Shown: positions 36,401 through 48,605 of the stretch, in pieces
Position numbering within the stretch: position 1 is the stretch's first letter
Layout of the letters: every line of letters starts with the position of its first letter
Assembly (NCBI GenBank): GCA_032718475.1
Contig: JAUCBJ010001608.1
Coordinates: 4,022-68,021 of the forward strand
Source of the DNA: Nemertoderma westbladi
Lineage: Eukaryota; Animalia; Xenacoelomorpha
Length of the DNA: 64,000 nt
Direction of reading: 5' to 3'
Program-made: the position numbers and the translations under genes
The notes under the pieces: generated by a model
The model's database searches: none
What the model was told of the DNA's origin: nothing
Seen by the model: only the letters and a program-made list of their open reading frames with translations

Positions 36401-39400
36401 AAACAAGGTAAGTGAAAAACCCGTCGCTCGGAGAAAGGTAACACCAGTGTGTTATACAGATGATGGCGAAAGCCAGACTTCTCAAGGAGAAGATAGCGGG
36501 AAAGACACTGTTAGATCTTATTACGTAAATAAAATGCCTAAAGATCAGGTAAGTAAATTCAAGTCTCGAACAAATGACAGGAGAGAACAGGTAAGAAAAA
36601 CTCCTCCTACGTCTCCCAAGAGAATTCAGGTGAGAAAGCCCGAAGAAAAAGCAAGTGTACACAATGTCACTCAGAGTAAGGTAAGTAACATCAAACCGAA
36701 ATGTGCGCTATGTGATGGGACCCATCGCTTAAATATGTGTGATGAATTTCTAAAGAAATCATTAACTGAGAGACGTGAAGTCATGTGGGACAAGCGGTTG
36801 TGCTATAATTGCCTCAGACAAGGACACCAACGGCGAACCTGTTACTCTGACACAAGATGTGCCAAGTGCGGTGCGAAACATCATATCTTGTTGCACACTG
36901 AATTCGAGCGAAATAGTCCGAGTCAGGTAAGTGATTCCGAACTACATGTCCAATTCAGTGATGTGAACGACACTGATCAATCTGAGATGGAAGGATTCTA
37001 TACGGACGAGTTCTCCGACGAAGACGAATCCTGTTACATGATAAATACCACAGTGTATCGAGCACTCATCTATGAAAAAGATACAGACATTGACCTCGCT
37101 CTAACCACTTCTGATCGACAACCATTTTGGAAAGCGCCAACTTCCAATGTAGGGATTAGAGAATTTCCTGTGGTACAGGTAAGGGTCCACGGACCAAAAA
37201 GGAGTTATGTAGTGAATGCCCTCCTTGATTCCGGTAGTACAGGAACATTCATCGACAAAGAGCTAGCCGAAGACATATTCGATGGACAACCCAAGTTCCG
37301 AACTAAGCTAAACATGTCAGGAATTATGCAAGTTTGGAAATCCACAGTAACAGCAGATTATTATGTAGGTGCGTTGTCCACCCCCCAGGACGAACTAGGA
37401 GAACATAGCATAAGGTCAGTGAAAATGGTGGCTATAAAGAACTTCGCTACTACTCAAGCAGACCTTTATAATTGGGACGAGGATGAGAGCATCCAACATC
37501 TCAAGATACCTCGATTCCAGACAGATTATCCTGGAGTGCAAATACTCATCGGTCAAAATGCGCATGAAGCGCTCGAGACATTAGAGAAACGACCTGCTCA
37601 ACCGCAACCTCTACAAGTTTATGCGGGAAGAACTAGAGTAGGTTGGTACTTTACTGGCCCTTCCCGTAGAACTCTAATGGAAAGATTACCTAAAGAGCAG
37701 GTATACCAAGCACGAGAATGGGAAGTTGAGAACAGAGAGTTCGACGATCCAACTGAGGGAACTCCATACTCCTCAGACAACGACGATATACATCAACTTT
37801 TTGATGAGGAAAATGCCATCGATCTCCTTAAGGAAAGCGAGACTTGGCAAAATCAAGTGAACTTATGTCAACTCCTTCACCCATCTGAGCGAGACGACTA
37901 TAACGACGAGCTTAATGACGTCATTGAACGTTATAACGCCAAGACTCGGGATGAACATGCCGTGAGATTCTTTACTCAAGAGGTCGTAGAGCCCAACTCC
38001 TACGATAAGGCCCTATCGGTGGAGGAAGAAAGAGCCAAGCAGATCCAAGCGACAACTACTCGTTGTCTTAAAGATCAAGGTAGGTATGAGATCGGACTTC
38101 CTTTCCGAAAGCGAGAACCAAAGTTCATTAACAACAGACCTTTGGCAGAGAAAAGAATTGCTCAACTACATCGACGCCTTACGGCAAATTCTTCAGCTAA
38201 AGAAATGTATAAAACACAGTTGAAGAAGTTTATTAGCAAGGGATATGCGGAGCTAGTACCGGAAGAAACTCCTATAACTGAGAGAACGTATTATTTAACT
38301 CACCATTACGTTCCCAAACCCGGTAAACCCCATGAAGTACGAGTGGTGTTCGACGGCTCCGCCCTCTATATGGGCCAATCCCTTAATTCTGAATTGTTAC
38401 CCGGACCCAACTTACTCCAATCCTTGTTGGGAATATTATTAAGGTAAGACAATACTCCATTGCTTTCGCCTCAGATATAGAAGGCATGTTCTTACAAGTC
38501 AAAGCGCTGGATAGGGATCGAGATAGTCTACGATTTTTGTGGTGGCCTGAAAGAGACCTCAATAAGAAACCGGTGGAGTACTGGATGACCATCCAAGCCT
38601 TTGGGATAATCTCGAGCCCTTCAAACGCCTGTTCCGTGGTACGCACCACTGCGGATGACAACCGAGACACCTTCTCTAAAGAAGTGATCGACAATATTAA
38701 ACGAGACATCTACATGGACGATAATCTGAAGTCCCTTCCATCAGTCGAAGAAGCCATTGAGGTCGCAAAGGGAACGGTAGAATGCTTAAAGAAAGGTGGA
38801 TTTCGATTAACTAAATTCACCAGCAACTCTCGTGAGTTTCTGGAGTCGATCCCGGTAGAAGATCGAGGAACAAAAGACATAGATCTAATAAAGGATGATC
38901 TCCCAGAAACTAAGACCCTTGGTTTGAAATGGGACACAGAAAGAGATATCCTGTTTTTCCAACTAAAACAGCGAGATAATCCAGTTCGGACTAAACGGAT
39001 ATGTTTAAGTATCCTGAGCACTTATTTCGACCCATTGGGATTTATTAGCCCAGTTATATTAATTGCTCGGAGTTTAGTACAACAAATGTGGCTTGAAAAC
39101 CACTCATGGGACGATCCACTTAAGGGAGAATTATTAAAGAAGTGGATGAAATGGGAAGATTCTCTACCAGCCATCGAAAACTTCATAATTTCCCGTTCAT
39201 ATTTTGGTCATGTTCTCCCTACGTATTCATATCAACTCCATGTGTTTGGAGACGCCAGCGATATGGGAATCGGTATAGTAGCCTACCTAAGGGTGGAAAC
39301 TTCGGATGGAATTAAAGTCGCCTTGGTTACCTCTAAGGCATTAATAAACAACAAGTTGAAAGTTCCTCGAGCGGAGTTAAAAGCGGCTCTATACGCTACA

Positions 39401-41596
39401 GCCATCGGCCGGAATGTAACAGAACAGATCGACTATCCTCTGGAGAAAACTGTCTATTGGACCGACGCTTTACTCGTGTTGGAGTATATAACCAATGAAG
39501 TCTGTCAGTTCAGCGTCTTCGTTACCAACAGAGTAGCTATTATACTCAGTCGCACGACGATGGATCAATGGAGACATTGCCCCGGAACGATTAATCCAGC
39601 AGACATCGCTTCCAGGGGAGCAACTCCACAAGAACTGGTAGATACTCCAGACTGGTTAGGTGGACCCGACTTCCTCTACAAAGAAGAAGAAGAATGGCCT
39701 CCTCATCTTACTACAGCAGAAATTAGACAGAACAAGGGAGCGGAGAAAGTCAAACCTAAAACTCAGGCGAGTAAATCGAAGTTATTCAAACCCACAGTGG
39801 ATCTGTCTGTACTACATACTTCCGGAGACGACGCTTTGGATCAGAAACCCACAGCCACAAATAAACTCGTTGTGGAAATCCGTGATAAGGATTGGAAATC
39901 TGGCATACCTGACATCTCGCAAGGACTCTCACCTCTCCTGCAGAGAGCGATACATCACTACAGTTCTTGGAATCAGCTCTGTAAGGCCGTTACATATTTA
40001 AAGAGATGTTTTCACCATCACTACTCTGGGATGAAAACAAAGGGTGATACCGCTCCAATCATATCAGTGCAGGTCCATGTTATTAAAGATCTCCCTAAAT
40101 ATAAGGTACCCGACAAGTTTCTGAAGGAGAAGATCAGTTATCAGGAGCATGAAGAAACCAACAAACAGTTGCTGAGACTCTTACAATGCTATGAAGATTC
40201 CGATAAGTATTTCCTGTTGTTGAGAAATCCACAGATGCGCCTAAGGGATCGTTTCTCTAGCACAATGATAGATGGGTTGATACGTGTTGGAGGAAGGTTA
40301 ACGAATGCACCATTATCCTTTGATACTAAGTTCCCCATACTCATTAGAAATCTTGAAATACAAGTCAAGATGATTGTAGATGTTCACAGCAAACTTTATC
40401 ATGCTGGTAGAGAACGAGTTCTTAGCGAAATTCGAACTCGCTATTATTTTTACAAACCCCGTAGAGCTCTGAACCAAGTTCTTAGGAACTGTATACCCTG
40501 TAGGAAAGCATTCAGTAGGCCTTTAACACAGAGAGAGGCAGAATTACCTAGGGAACGAGTAAGCTTTTATGAACCACCCTTTACTAATACCGGTGTGGAT
40601 TTATTTGGCCCTATTGAAGTATATCGTGCTAGGACTATAGTCAAGAGATGGTGTGTAATCTTTGTTTGTATGACTTGTAGAGCCATCCATCTCGATATGG
40701 TGAACGATTTATCTACCAACAGCTTTCTATTAAGCTTACGACGACAGATCGCTCGCTTTGGCACTAGTAACACGATGAGATCTGATAAGGGAACAAACTT
40801 CATTGGTGCCAACAATGAAATCAAAGCTTACGTCAAAGATTGGAACCAAAGACAGGTGGACGACCAACTACGAGTAACAGCGTCTAGTTGGACCTTCAAC
40901 GCCGCCGACGCCCCTTGGTGGGGAGGAAGTTGGGAGAGATTAATAAGAAGCGTGAAGACAGCATTTCATTTTATAGTGCCTTGCCGCGCTTATCTCACCG
41001 ATGAACTTTTGCGGACGTTAATGGAAGAAATCGCCGCCTATCTCAACGAGAGACCGCTTATGCCAGTCTCATCGAGTCCCGATTCCCTGGAAGCGCTAAC
41101 ACCCGCGCACTTCCTACTGAAGAAACCTGTAGCCATGCTCCCACAATCGGAAATCACAGACGGAGACGAATACTGCCGACAAACTTGGCAACTCATGCAG
41201 TTGTTATCCCGTCGTTTCGCTGACCATTTCGAAAAACATTATCTGCCCACGCTACAACTTCGAACTAAGTGGTTTGCGCAGCAAGAAAACGTCAGCGCCG
41301 GAGACATGGTGCTTATTGTGGATGTGGATCTTCCACGTAAGCGGTGGCAGACAGGTCGTATCATCGAGACTCACATCTCGGATGACGGTTTGGTGCGATC
41401 GGTAGAACTCGTCGTCATGCGACGTAACTTCAAGAAACCGGGAATTGTCTTCAAGACGCAGCAGCTCAATCGCCCGGTGGGACGTTTATGTTTACTGGAA
41501 AGAGACAGAGAACTCTCCGGAAACTATGGGAGACAAGATACCCTTCCCACGACCACCTCCCTAATCCAACAAACATCTAGGGACTCCCCAACTTAA
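33427..41596 (+). pseudogene. BEL/Pao gag-pol polyprotein of copy B (~2700 codons) with three lesions
   Basis: 7-bp deletion near 33744 (copy A has aagatggcagatgcgg), TAA at 34032-34034 (TAT in A), 1-bp loss near 38445 (LLR-.RQYSIAFASDIEGMF). Motifs: CCHC x3, LLDSGSTGTF, YMDD, FGDAS, GVDLFGP...SDKG...WWGGSWERL. Confidence 0.93.
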
Positions 41597-42972
41597 AAAC
41601 GGCTGGAGTGGGTGTGTGACCATATTATTTATATTTGTATTTGTTTTATTTTTATATTTATGTATGTATTATTATGTAATTTTATTTTAATCGTTTTATT
41701 TAATTTTATTTAGTAGTATGGTATTTTAGAGATTATTTAGTAGATTAGTGCAATATATATTCGCGTTTATTATTTAATTACGTATATTATATATTTAGTG
41801 CGACGGCGAGAAATAATTTTTTCTCTTTCCTTACTGCCCGTATTACGTTATCAATACGTGACTACAGTAAGATTTAATCTTCGTACTTATTAAAGTACAA
41901 TAAAGCCACTACTATATTCAAGTATTATTGGTAGGCAGAGTATTAGGAATGCAAAGTTCAGATCCTCGTGTCTCGGCTAAACCAAGCTCTGGGTAGACCT
42001 TGGAAACGACTTGCCTCTTCACACTGACATTGCTTCGTGCGATATTGCTCTCATACCGTATATTAAATAATACATATAGTAGCGTGATGTCCCTTTAACA
42101 GTAGCGTATAACGCAAAATAAATCTGTTAAACCCTTTGACCATCTGTAATTCTAGTCGATTAAGATATCGCGGCACCCACCGATATACTTGAAAGACAAA
42201 TTTCTAGAATCAGTGGTTAACGTCCCCAGACAAGTTCTGGAATAAACTGGTGCCCATCCTAAATATTAATTATTAATATTTACAAAAATCTGTCAAATAT
42301 CAGATCCTTTAAAATTCTAGATATTAAATAAGAATTATAATAAATTAAGATATCGTAGCATTTACCGATATTCTTAAAAGGACAAAATTCCTAGAATCAA
42401 GGATCCCAGTCCCCAGACACGTTCTGGAATAAAATTGTGTCTATTTAACATTAAATAATAAAATTTACGGGAATAAATTTAAATTCATATATTTCAATGA
42501 ATTTAATAAATTGTAATTTTATACAATTTATAACATTCCCAAAATTCCATTAATTAATAGATCATGGGAGCGGAGATTCACTTTATTAAGTGTATTTGTG
42601 TGCGAGAATCTCCCATGCATAGTCAATAGCCGATAAAATTCATAGAATCATGTATAAAGGGGATATTGACCATTAAAGAATTACTATTAAATAGCATCCC
42701 AGATCTGTATGCATGAGAATTACCCTGATTCTACCGCTAGCTTTCCATAATGTCACCATGGCAACAACCACGCTAGAATTAGAAGTGAGTTAAAAGAACA
42801 ATGGAAAGCATGCCCCATTGGATAGCATAGGGAATAAATAGCGCACTGCTAGTATCCAAGGATACATAATAAATACAGTGACATTTTGGAAGGCACTGAC
42901 TTTGGTAGGCAGCGACGCCCGCTAGCCTAATATATATAAACTCATTATAATATTGATAAACTCATAGCAGAT

Positions 42973-43371
42973 ATGACTGAGGTGATAGAAGATGATCTTG
43001 GCATCAGGGAGAGATATACTCTACCTTTACAAGCGTTTGTCGATAGCTTGATACGCGGCGACGCTGGTCCAACTACTACGGAGGATGATGGTCGTTATAT
43101 CGAACCGTCGATGTCCCCGGAGCAACTTACGCGTGAATTGGACTATAGAAAGTTCACCGCTCGCTACACGCATCGTAATGGTACGTATATGGACTTCTTA
43201 ACTACCGGCCACCCTATCGATTTACACGATACGGACGATGTGGATACCGAAAGGGAAATGGTTTTATTTAAATATCATACCCAACGGAATCGGAACAATA
43301 AACCGAGAATAGAACATGAGAACTCTATTCGAAATCAGCTCGAAAGAAAGAACGTGGATGAAAGCTTGTAA
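42973..43371 (+). CDS. Accessory 132-aa ORF downstream of pol (unknown function)
   Basis: Conserved and open in copy A (590..967). TATA-like tatatataaa about 40 nt upstream. Confidence 0.65.
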   Translation: MTEVIEDDLGIRERYTLPLQAFVDSLIRGDAGPTTTEDDGRYIEPSMSPEQLTRELDYRKFTARYTHRNGTYMDFLTTGHPIDLHDTDDVDTEREMVLFKYHTQRNRNNKPRIEHENSIRNQLERKNVDESL

Positions 43372-44172
43372 AGACAAATATAGGAGAACCACTGGAGAAG
43401 AGACGTGTGTTAATGTCCAGGGTCCATAATGTGAATAGTTTTCCCCGGGGCATGGGTGCTCGCGGGCGGTCTCCTTCGGGAGGCTGTAAATTTCTCTTCC
43501 CTCATCGTTTTCTTGTAATTCTTGTGATCAGTGTCACAATTAAAAGACAAGAATGAATGATGACGTCCAAAAAACGTCGGAAAACTGGTCCATTGTGGTA
43601 TCTTATGGATACTACCCTATATCCTCCCTCCTCTTTACTCCCTTTATCCCTCTATACATCGCTATTGAAAATACAACCCACTTCGTCACACCTTCTCTTC
43701 CCAATGCGCTCGGAACTTTGGGAGACGATCGACCAATCCTAGTTGTATCGTGGTATGGATCATACCACCTCTTAATAAACCTCCCATCCCTTACTGTTAA
43801 TCTGGATGCTCATATTGGTGTCCGCATCTCCTATTCATGTCACACCCTGTTGATATTTATGATATCAACTTCCACCCTCTCGTTGTTGATTAGAAAATCA
43901 ACCACCAATGATTTCCTTAAGTCCACAACCGTGATACAAGGACTGAAAGGACACGCGGATAGTTTGTGAACAACTGGTACCATTATGTGTCATAAATCTG
44001 GTTGTTCACCCCCTAATCACTGGGGATAAATTCATTTGGAGATAGTCATCGAATGATGCAATCCTCCTACTGAGATCGTATTTCGGAATATTTCTGAATA
44101 CGACATAGGTCTTCCCCTGCTCTCTACCACTACCATCAATGGAAGACATATTAGGCATACGACTTTCGGAAT

Positions 44173-45948
44173 ATGGAGAACATTCCATACCCCTTCGTTG
44201 ATACTCAGCTGATTGCTCCTTGGGCAGAAGGCCGAGGTTTCTTCCGCACTACGTATGCCAATACACCCAGCGGAATTACTAAAGTACAACGAACCTCCAT
44301 CGGACATCTTGCCTTTCAAGAATACGGATGGAATTTCAAGGTTGGAAATCCTATAAATTACCAACAAGTATACGGAGATCATTATTCTCGTTTATACTTT
44401 GATGGACCGTTGACCGCACCTGGCGCCGTGTATAGCTTTATGAGTGTTCCACTTCGCCCCTCCTTAGCTATATACACGATCTTTGAAAACGCAGCACTTG
44501 CCGGTTGTCTAGCCGATGTGTGCAGTCGTACCATACGCGCCCATCCCTTAGTACTTGGAACCAAACTCGCCAAGTTAGATGAACACAATAAATTCATCCG
44601 CTTTGAATGTTTCAGGTGCTTTCTGACTCCGTTCCGTAACGTTGATAGTCAGTTCAAGGACCGCGCTCTGACCAAACTCAGCCTGAGAGACTCAGCGGCG
44701 GAGAAGCTAAATAGCGCGGGATTTGCCCTTTTTCAGGACGTTTGTATACAGAACTTGCACTCATCTGTTATACAAAGACCCCGAATACCCACGGGTTATT
44801 CTGTCGTCGAAGTTCAGACAGTGGGTCCGCTTGCGGAGACAGCCGCACCTACCTCAGCTATGCAATTGGAAGACGAACCAATATGCTTAGAAGCTGAAGC
44901 GATTCAACCTACAGCGCCCCGGAGCAGCGATAACGACTACGTCTTAGAGTGGTATCAAGGTCCACAATGTCTCACCGCATACGATTATCGACACGCTAAC
45001 TATGTTTCTCGAAAACGTTGTCGATTATGCGCATCGAGAGACCATTTCACTCCTATGGACTCAGACGTACCCTGTTCTTACTTCCACGAACAGCCAATGA
45101 TGGAGATATATTGTGCGTATTGCAGAATTAATAACTCTCACATTTTTGCAGTCTGCCCCCAATTTATGACTCAATGCCACCACTGTCAACTTAAAGGACA
45201 TGCCAGTTATAATTGCCCCTTTAATCACGATTTAGAGAGCGTAGATGAAATGATTACCCTGCGCTACATTCGAGCTTGGGAAGCGAACGCGGATTTACAT
45301 TGTGAGTCCCGTCATCGATACTACCCTGGACGCTCTTACGAGGGAGTTTACGCTTTCCATCCTTATTTATTAGCGTCTGTGGAACAAAAAACACGCGTAC
45401 CGAGTTACGAGCTAATGAAGCGTGTTGGTGAGTGTATTTCCACCAAATTTGTTAGAAGATACCTTAGGAACGTCAATCCTAACGATATTACTTCATACCA
45501 TTTGATCAATTATATCCGTCAAGACCCGGAGTATGGCGATTTATTTATCAACTCGCACCCTGAGTTACAGGAAGTATCTCGACGGCCCTACGAATATCGA
45601 GCCCGAGAACGCGAGCTGGAAAGAACTATCAAACCAAGGAAGTTTCTTACCACCCACGGTCCGCCTACCGCCATTGCCCAGACAACCCGTCAAGGACCCG
45701 TAGGAGCTGCTGTCCTGAGGCGTGCCCTAAAGGCTGTTAGACCTCGCTCCACGGAAGTTGATATCGATCAACCAGGTACCTCGACCGGCGGATATACCGA
45801 TCGCAATCCGAAACCTTCTGATGCAATTGTATTGCACCCTTCACCCAGGAGTTACAGCCCTCCTAGTAAAGTGGCTCGCCCCAAAGAGAAAAGGACTCTT
45901 ACTAGCCTCAAAAAACTGCGTAAACGCCGTCCGCGCAAGAAAGACTAA
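44173..45948 (+). CDS. Accessory 591-aa ORF with three zinc-knuckle-like motifs and a basic C-terminal tail
   Basis: CRLCASRDH...C, CAYCRINNSHIFAVC, CHHCQLKGHASYNC (CX2CX4HX4C); KKLRKRRPRKK tail. No signal peptide or TM segment. Ends 78 nt before the 3' LTR. Confidence 0.8.
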   Translation: MENIPYPFVDTQLIAPWAEGRGFFRTTYANTPSGITKVQRTSIGHLAFQEYGWNFKVGNPINYQQVYGDHYSRLYFDGPLTAPGAVYSFMSVPLRPSLAIYTIFENAALAGCLADVCSRTIRAHPLVLGTKLAKLDEHNKFIRFECFRCFLTPFRNVDSQFKDRALTKLSLRDSAAEKLNSAGFALFQDVCIQNLHSSVIQRPRIPTGYSVVEVQTVGPLAETAAPTSAMQLEDEPICLEAEAIQPTAPRSSDNDYVLEWYQGPQCLTAYDYRHANYVSRKRCRLCASRDHFTPMDSDVPCSYFHEQPMMEIYCAYCRINNSHIFAVCPQFMTQCHHCQLKGHASYNCPFNHDLESVDEMITLRYIRAWEANADLHCESRHRYYPGRSYEGVYAFHPYLLASVEQKTRVPSYELMKRVGECISTKFVRRYLRNVNPNDITSYHLINYIRQDPEYGDLFINSHPELQEVSRRPYEYRARERELERTIKPRKFLTTHGPPTAIAQTTRQGPVGAAVLRRALKAVRPRSTEVDIDQPGTSTGGYTDRNPKPSDAIVLHPSPRSYSPPSKVARPKEKRTLTSLKKLRKRRPRKKD

Positions 45949-46026
45949 CTGTTTAGAGTATTTTTATATTTTAGAAACTGTGATTTGTTATATTTTATAG
46001 ACTTAAATCCCATTTTCTGGGAGCGG

Positions 46027-47227
46027 TGTAAAAGCTTTTGCGTCATTAACCGGTTATTTTCCCTTAAAGTACTCTGTAGTTGGTTTGCCAGGCATAAAAG
46101 GGCCGTGTCCTTGCTGTACTGGTGTTTTAGAGGACATAAAAGTCATTTCTTATGTATTTGTACTGTATTTGTACTTTAGAGGACATAATCCGCAATCTCG
46201 TGACGCGATAAGCTAGATACTCTTGAAAACAGTGTCGCTACCATGACGACGGCTAACAGCTGATATTGCCACGTCGACGTTTCTTTGTTTCTTTGTTCTC
46301 TCGTTGTTCGGTTGACCAATCAGAGCGTTTTTTGTCTCTGTGTTGGAGGTGTATACAGAAACTCAGTAGTTCAGTGTTATGTTTTTTGCTAGAGCCTAAG
46401 AACATCGGCCTTTGGCACCTACGTATATCAGCATTCTTTAGCTTTACATTAGTAGGCTTAATTATAGAACGTATATCTGTTATCGAACGAACTTAACAAT
46501 CCAAATCGACCTACCTACATACAATCTTATCATACATATCTATGCAATTCATATCTTACATTACTGCTTTTGCTGTTGGTTATTCGTTATATTTGTTGAT
46601 GAAATATTATATCGGAATACTGATCAATAGTCAGACACCCCACCTTCTTGATATACTAAAGGTTAGAGAGACCGGTTACAGATAAACGATTGCGACCTAT
46701 GTATGTTAAGTGGTTTGAAGTGAATCTAATGCTATTTCATATACCCAACATAAATTGTCTGTTGCTCTCTTTATACGTGACCAAATTTAGTGAAGGTCGG
46801 CAGATTAGTGTGCAGTATTGTGCAGCATTGTGTATGATTGTAACTGATAACAAAGCATCTCCTAAAGAATGTGCCATATACGTTAATCTATAGCCTTTTC
46901 GTTGTGTCTAGTTTAAGTCATAACTCTGTTTACATATTTAGAGCGCCACGTCCTAAAGGAACTGTTAATATTTCCCGAAAGTGAATAATATTGGTCAGAG
47001 CTTATATATTACGATCAGTCGAATAATACGGTAGGCTTACACTATCAATCATTAAGCTCCGAACTCAGTCTCCCGGGTATATCCAACGGGTGAATGATTG
47101 CGCATAGACTGGCTTCGGCTAATGTAGTGTATCAAATACTCGTCATAAAGCTAAAGAATATATATCATCTAAAAGACATTCTAATTTTGGCAGGTTAAAC
47201 TGTCAAAGGTCTTCAAAAGCGCAAACA
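46027..47227 (+). repeat. 3' LTR of copy B
   Basis: Direct repeat of 28370-29570, preceded by a short purine tract gggagcgg. Confidence 0.96.
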
Positions 47228-48310
47228 ACTAAAGTTATCCGTTCAACACTCCTGGTTTCTGTGAGACTCAAAGTTAGCCGTTCAACACTCCTGGATTCTG
47301 TGGGACTCACAGTTAGCCGCCGTTCAAAACTCTTGGTTTCTGTGAGACTCAAAGTTAGCCGTTCAACACTCCTGGTTTCTGTTCGACTCAAAGTTAGCCG
47401 TTCAACACTCCTGGTTTCTGTGCGACATATGTTTATTAAGTTAGCAGTTCAACTGTCCTGGTTTCTGTGGGACTCAAACCGTTCAACACTCCTGGTTTCT
47501 GTGGGACTAAAGTTATCCGTTCAACACTCCTGGTTTCTGTGAGACTCAAAGTTAGCCGTTCAACACTCCTGGATTCTGTGGGACTCACAGTTAGCCGCCG
47601 TTCAAAACTCTTGGTTTCTGTGAGACTCAAAGTTAGCCATTCAACACTCCTGGATTCTGTGGGACTCACAGTTAGCCGCCGTTCAAAACTCTTGGTTTCT
47701 GTGAGACTCAAAGTTAGCCGTTCAACACTCCTGGTTTCTGTGGGACTCAAAGTTAGCCGTTCAACACTCCTGGTTTCTGTGGGACTCAAAGTTAGCCGTT
47801 CAACACTCCTGGTTTCTGTAGCACTCAAAGTTAGCCGCTCAACACTCCTGGTTTCTGTGGGACTCAAAGTTAGCCGTTCAACACTCCTGGGTTCTGTGGG
47901 ACTGAAAGTTAGCCGTTCAACACTCCTGGGTTCTGTGGGACTCAAAGTTAGCCGTTCAACACTCCTGGGTTCTGTGGGACTCAAAGTTAGCCGTTCAACA
48001 CTCCTGGGTTCTGTGGGACTCAAAGTTAGCCTTTCAACACTCCTGGTTTCTGTGGGACTCAAAGTTAGCCGTTCAATACTCCTGGTTTCTGTGGGACTCA
48101 AAGTTAGCCGTTCAAAACTCCTGGTTTCTGTGGGACTCAAAGTTAGCTGTTCAAAACTCCTGGTTTCTGTGGGACTCAAAGTTAGCCGTTCAACACTCCT
48201 GGTTTCTGTGGGACTCAAAGTTAGCCGTTCAACACTCCTGGTTTCTGTGGGACTCAAAGTTAGCCGTTCAACACTCCTGGTTTATGTGCGAGATATATTT
48301 TTATTAAGTT
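47228..48310. repeat. 39-bp tandem satellite, right part
   Basis: Same unit as 25042-28369, resuming in register after the TSD. Confidence 0.97.
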
Positions 48311-48605
48311 TTGAGAGTCAGGTTAGATTCTAGAATTGCAATAAAGGGCTTCATTTCGTGTGTTAGAGCTAATTATTCATACTGTATTGGTTTAGATGGG
48401 TTGTTTGTTGCCAGACATGCATATTTATGCATATGCAAGCAAGATTAACCAACTCAGCCCTAGCCACCTATTGCATTGCAGTAGGCCTATTGGAGTAGGC
48501 CTATTGCTGTATTATTGTTGCTTAAGTTCATTAAGTTGAGTCTTGAGTGAACCTACTGCTGTACCACTCTTACGTTACTGCTGACCGGTACACATTTCAA
48601 CTTAA

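Larger units (their letters stand above)
28370..47227 (+). mobile_element. Full-length large BEL/Pao LTR retrotransposon, copy B (18.9 kb; ~17.3 kb without the nested DNA element)
   Basis: 1201-bp LTRs TGT...ACA, TSD ACTAA (28365-28369 / 47228-47232), BEL/Pao gag-PR-RT-RH-IN polyprotein, extra 3' ORFs. Confidence 0.97.

Noticed and set aside
38430-38490. Programmed gag-pol frameshift at the ORF break
   Set aside because: The break falls inside RT (LLR-x-RQ motif), there is no slippery heptamer, and BEL/Pao use a single ORF; it is a 1-bp loss or sequencing error.
43553-43969. 138-aa ORF between the two accessory ORFs
   Set aside because: Copy A (1-387) has a stop, a frameshift and mostly first/second-position changes in this frame; other frames also contain stops.
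44173-45948. Envelope gene interpretation of the 591-aa ORF
   Set aside because: No signal peptide or transmembrane anchor; cysteines form CCHC knuckles and the tail is NLS-like.
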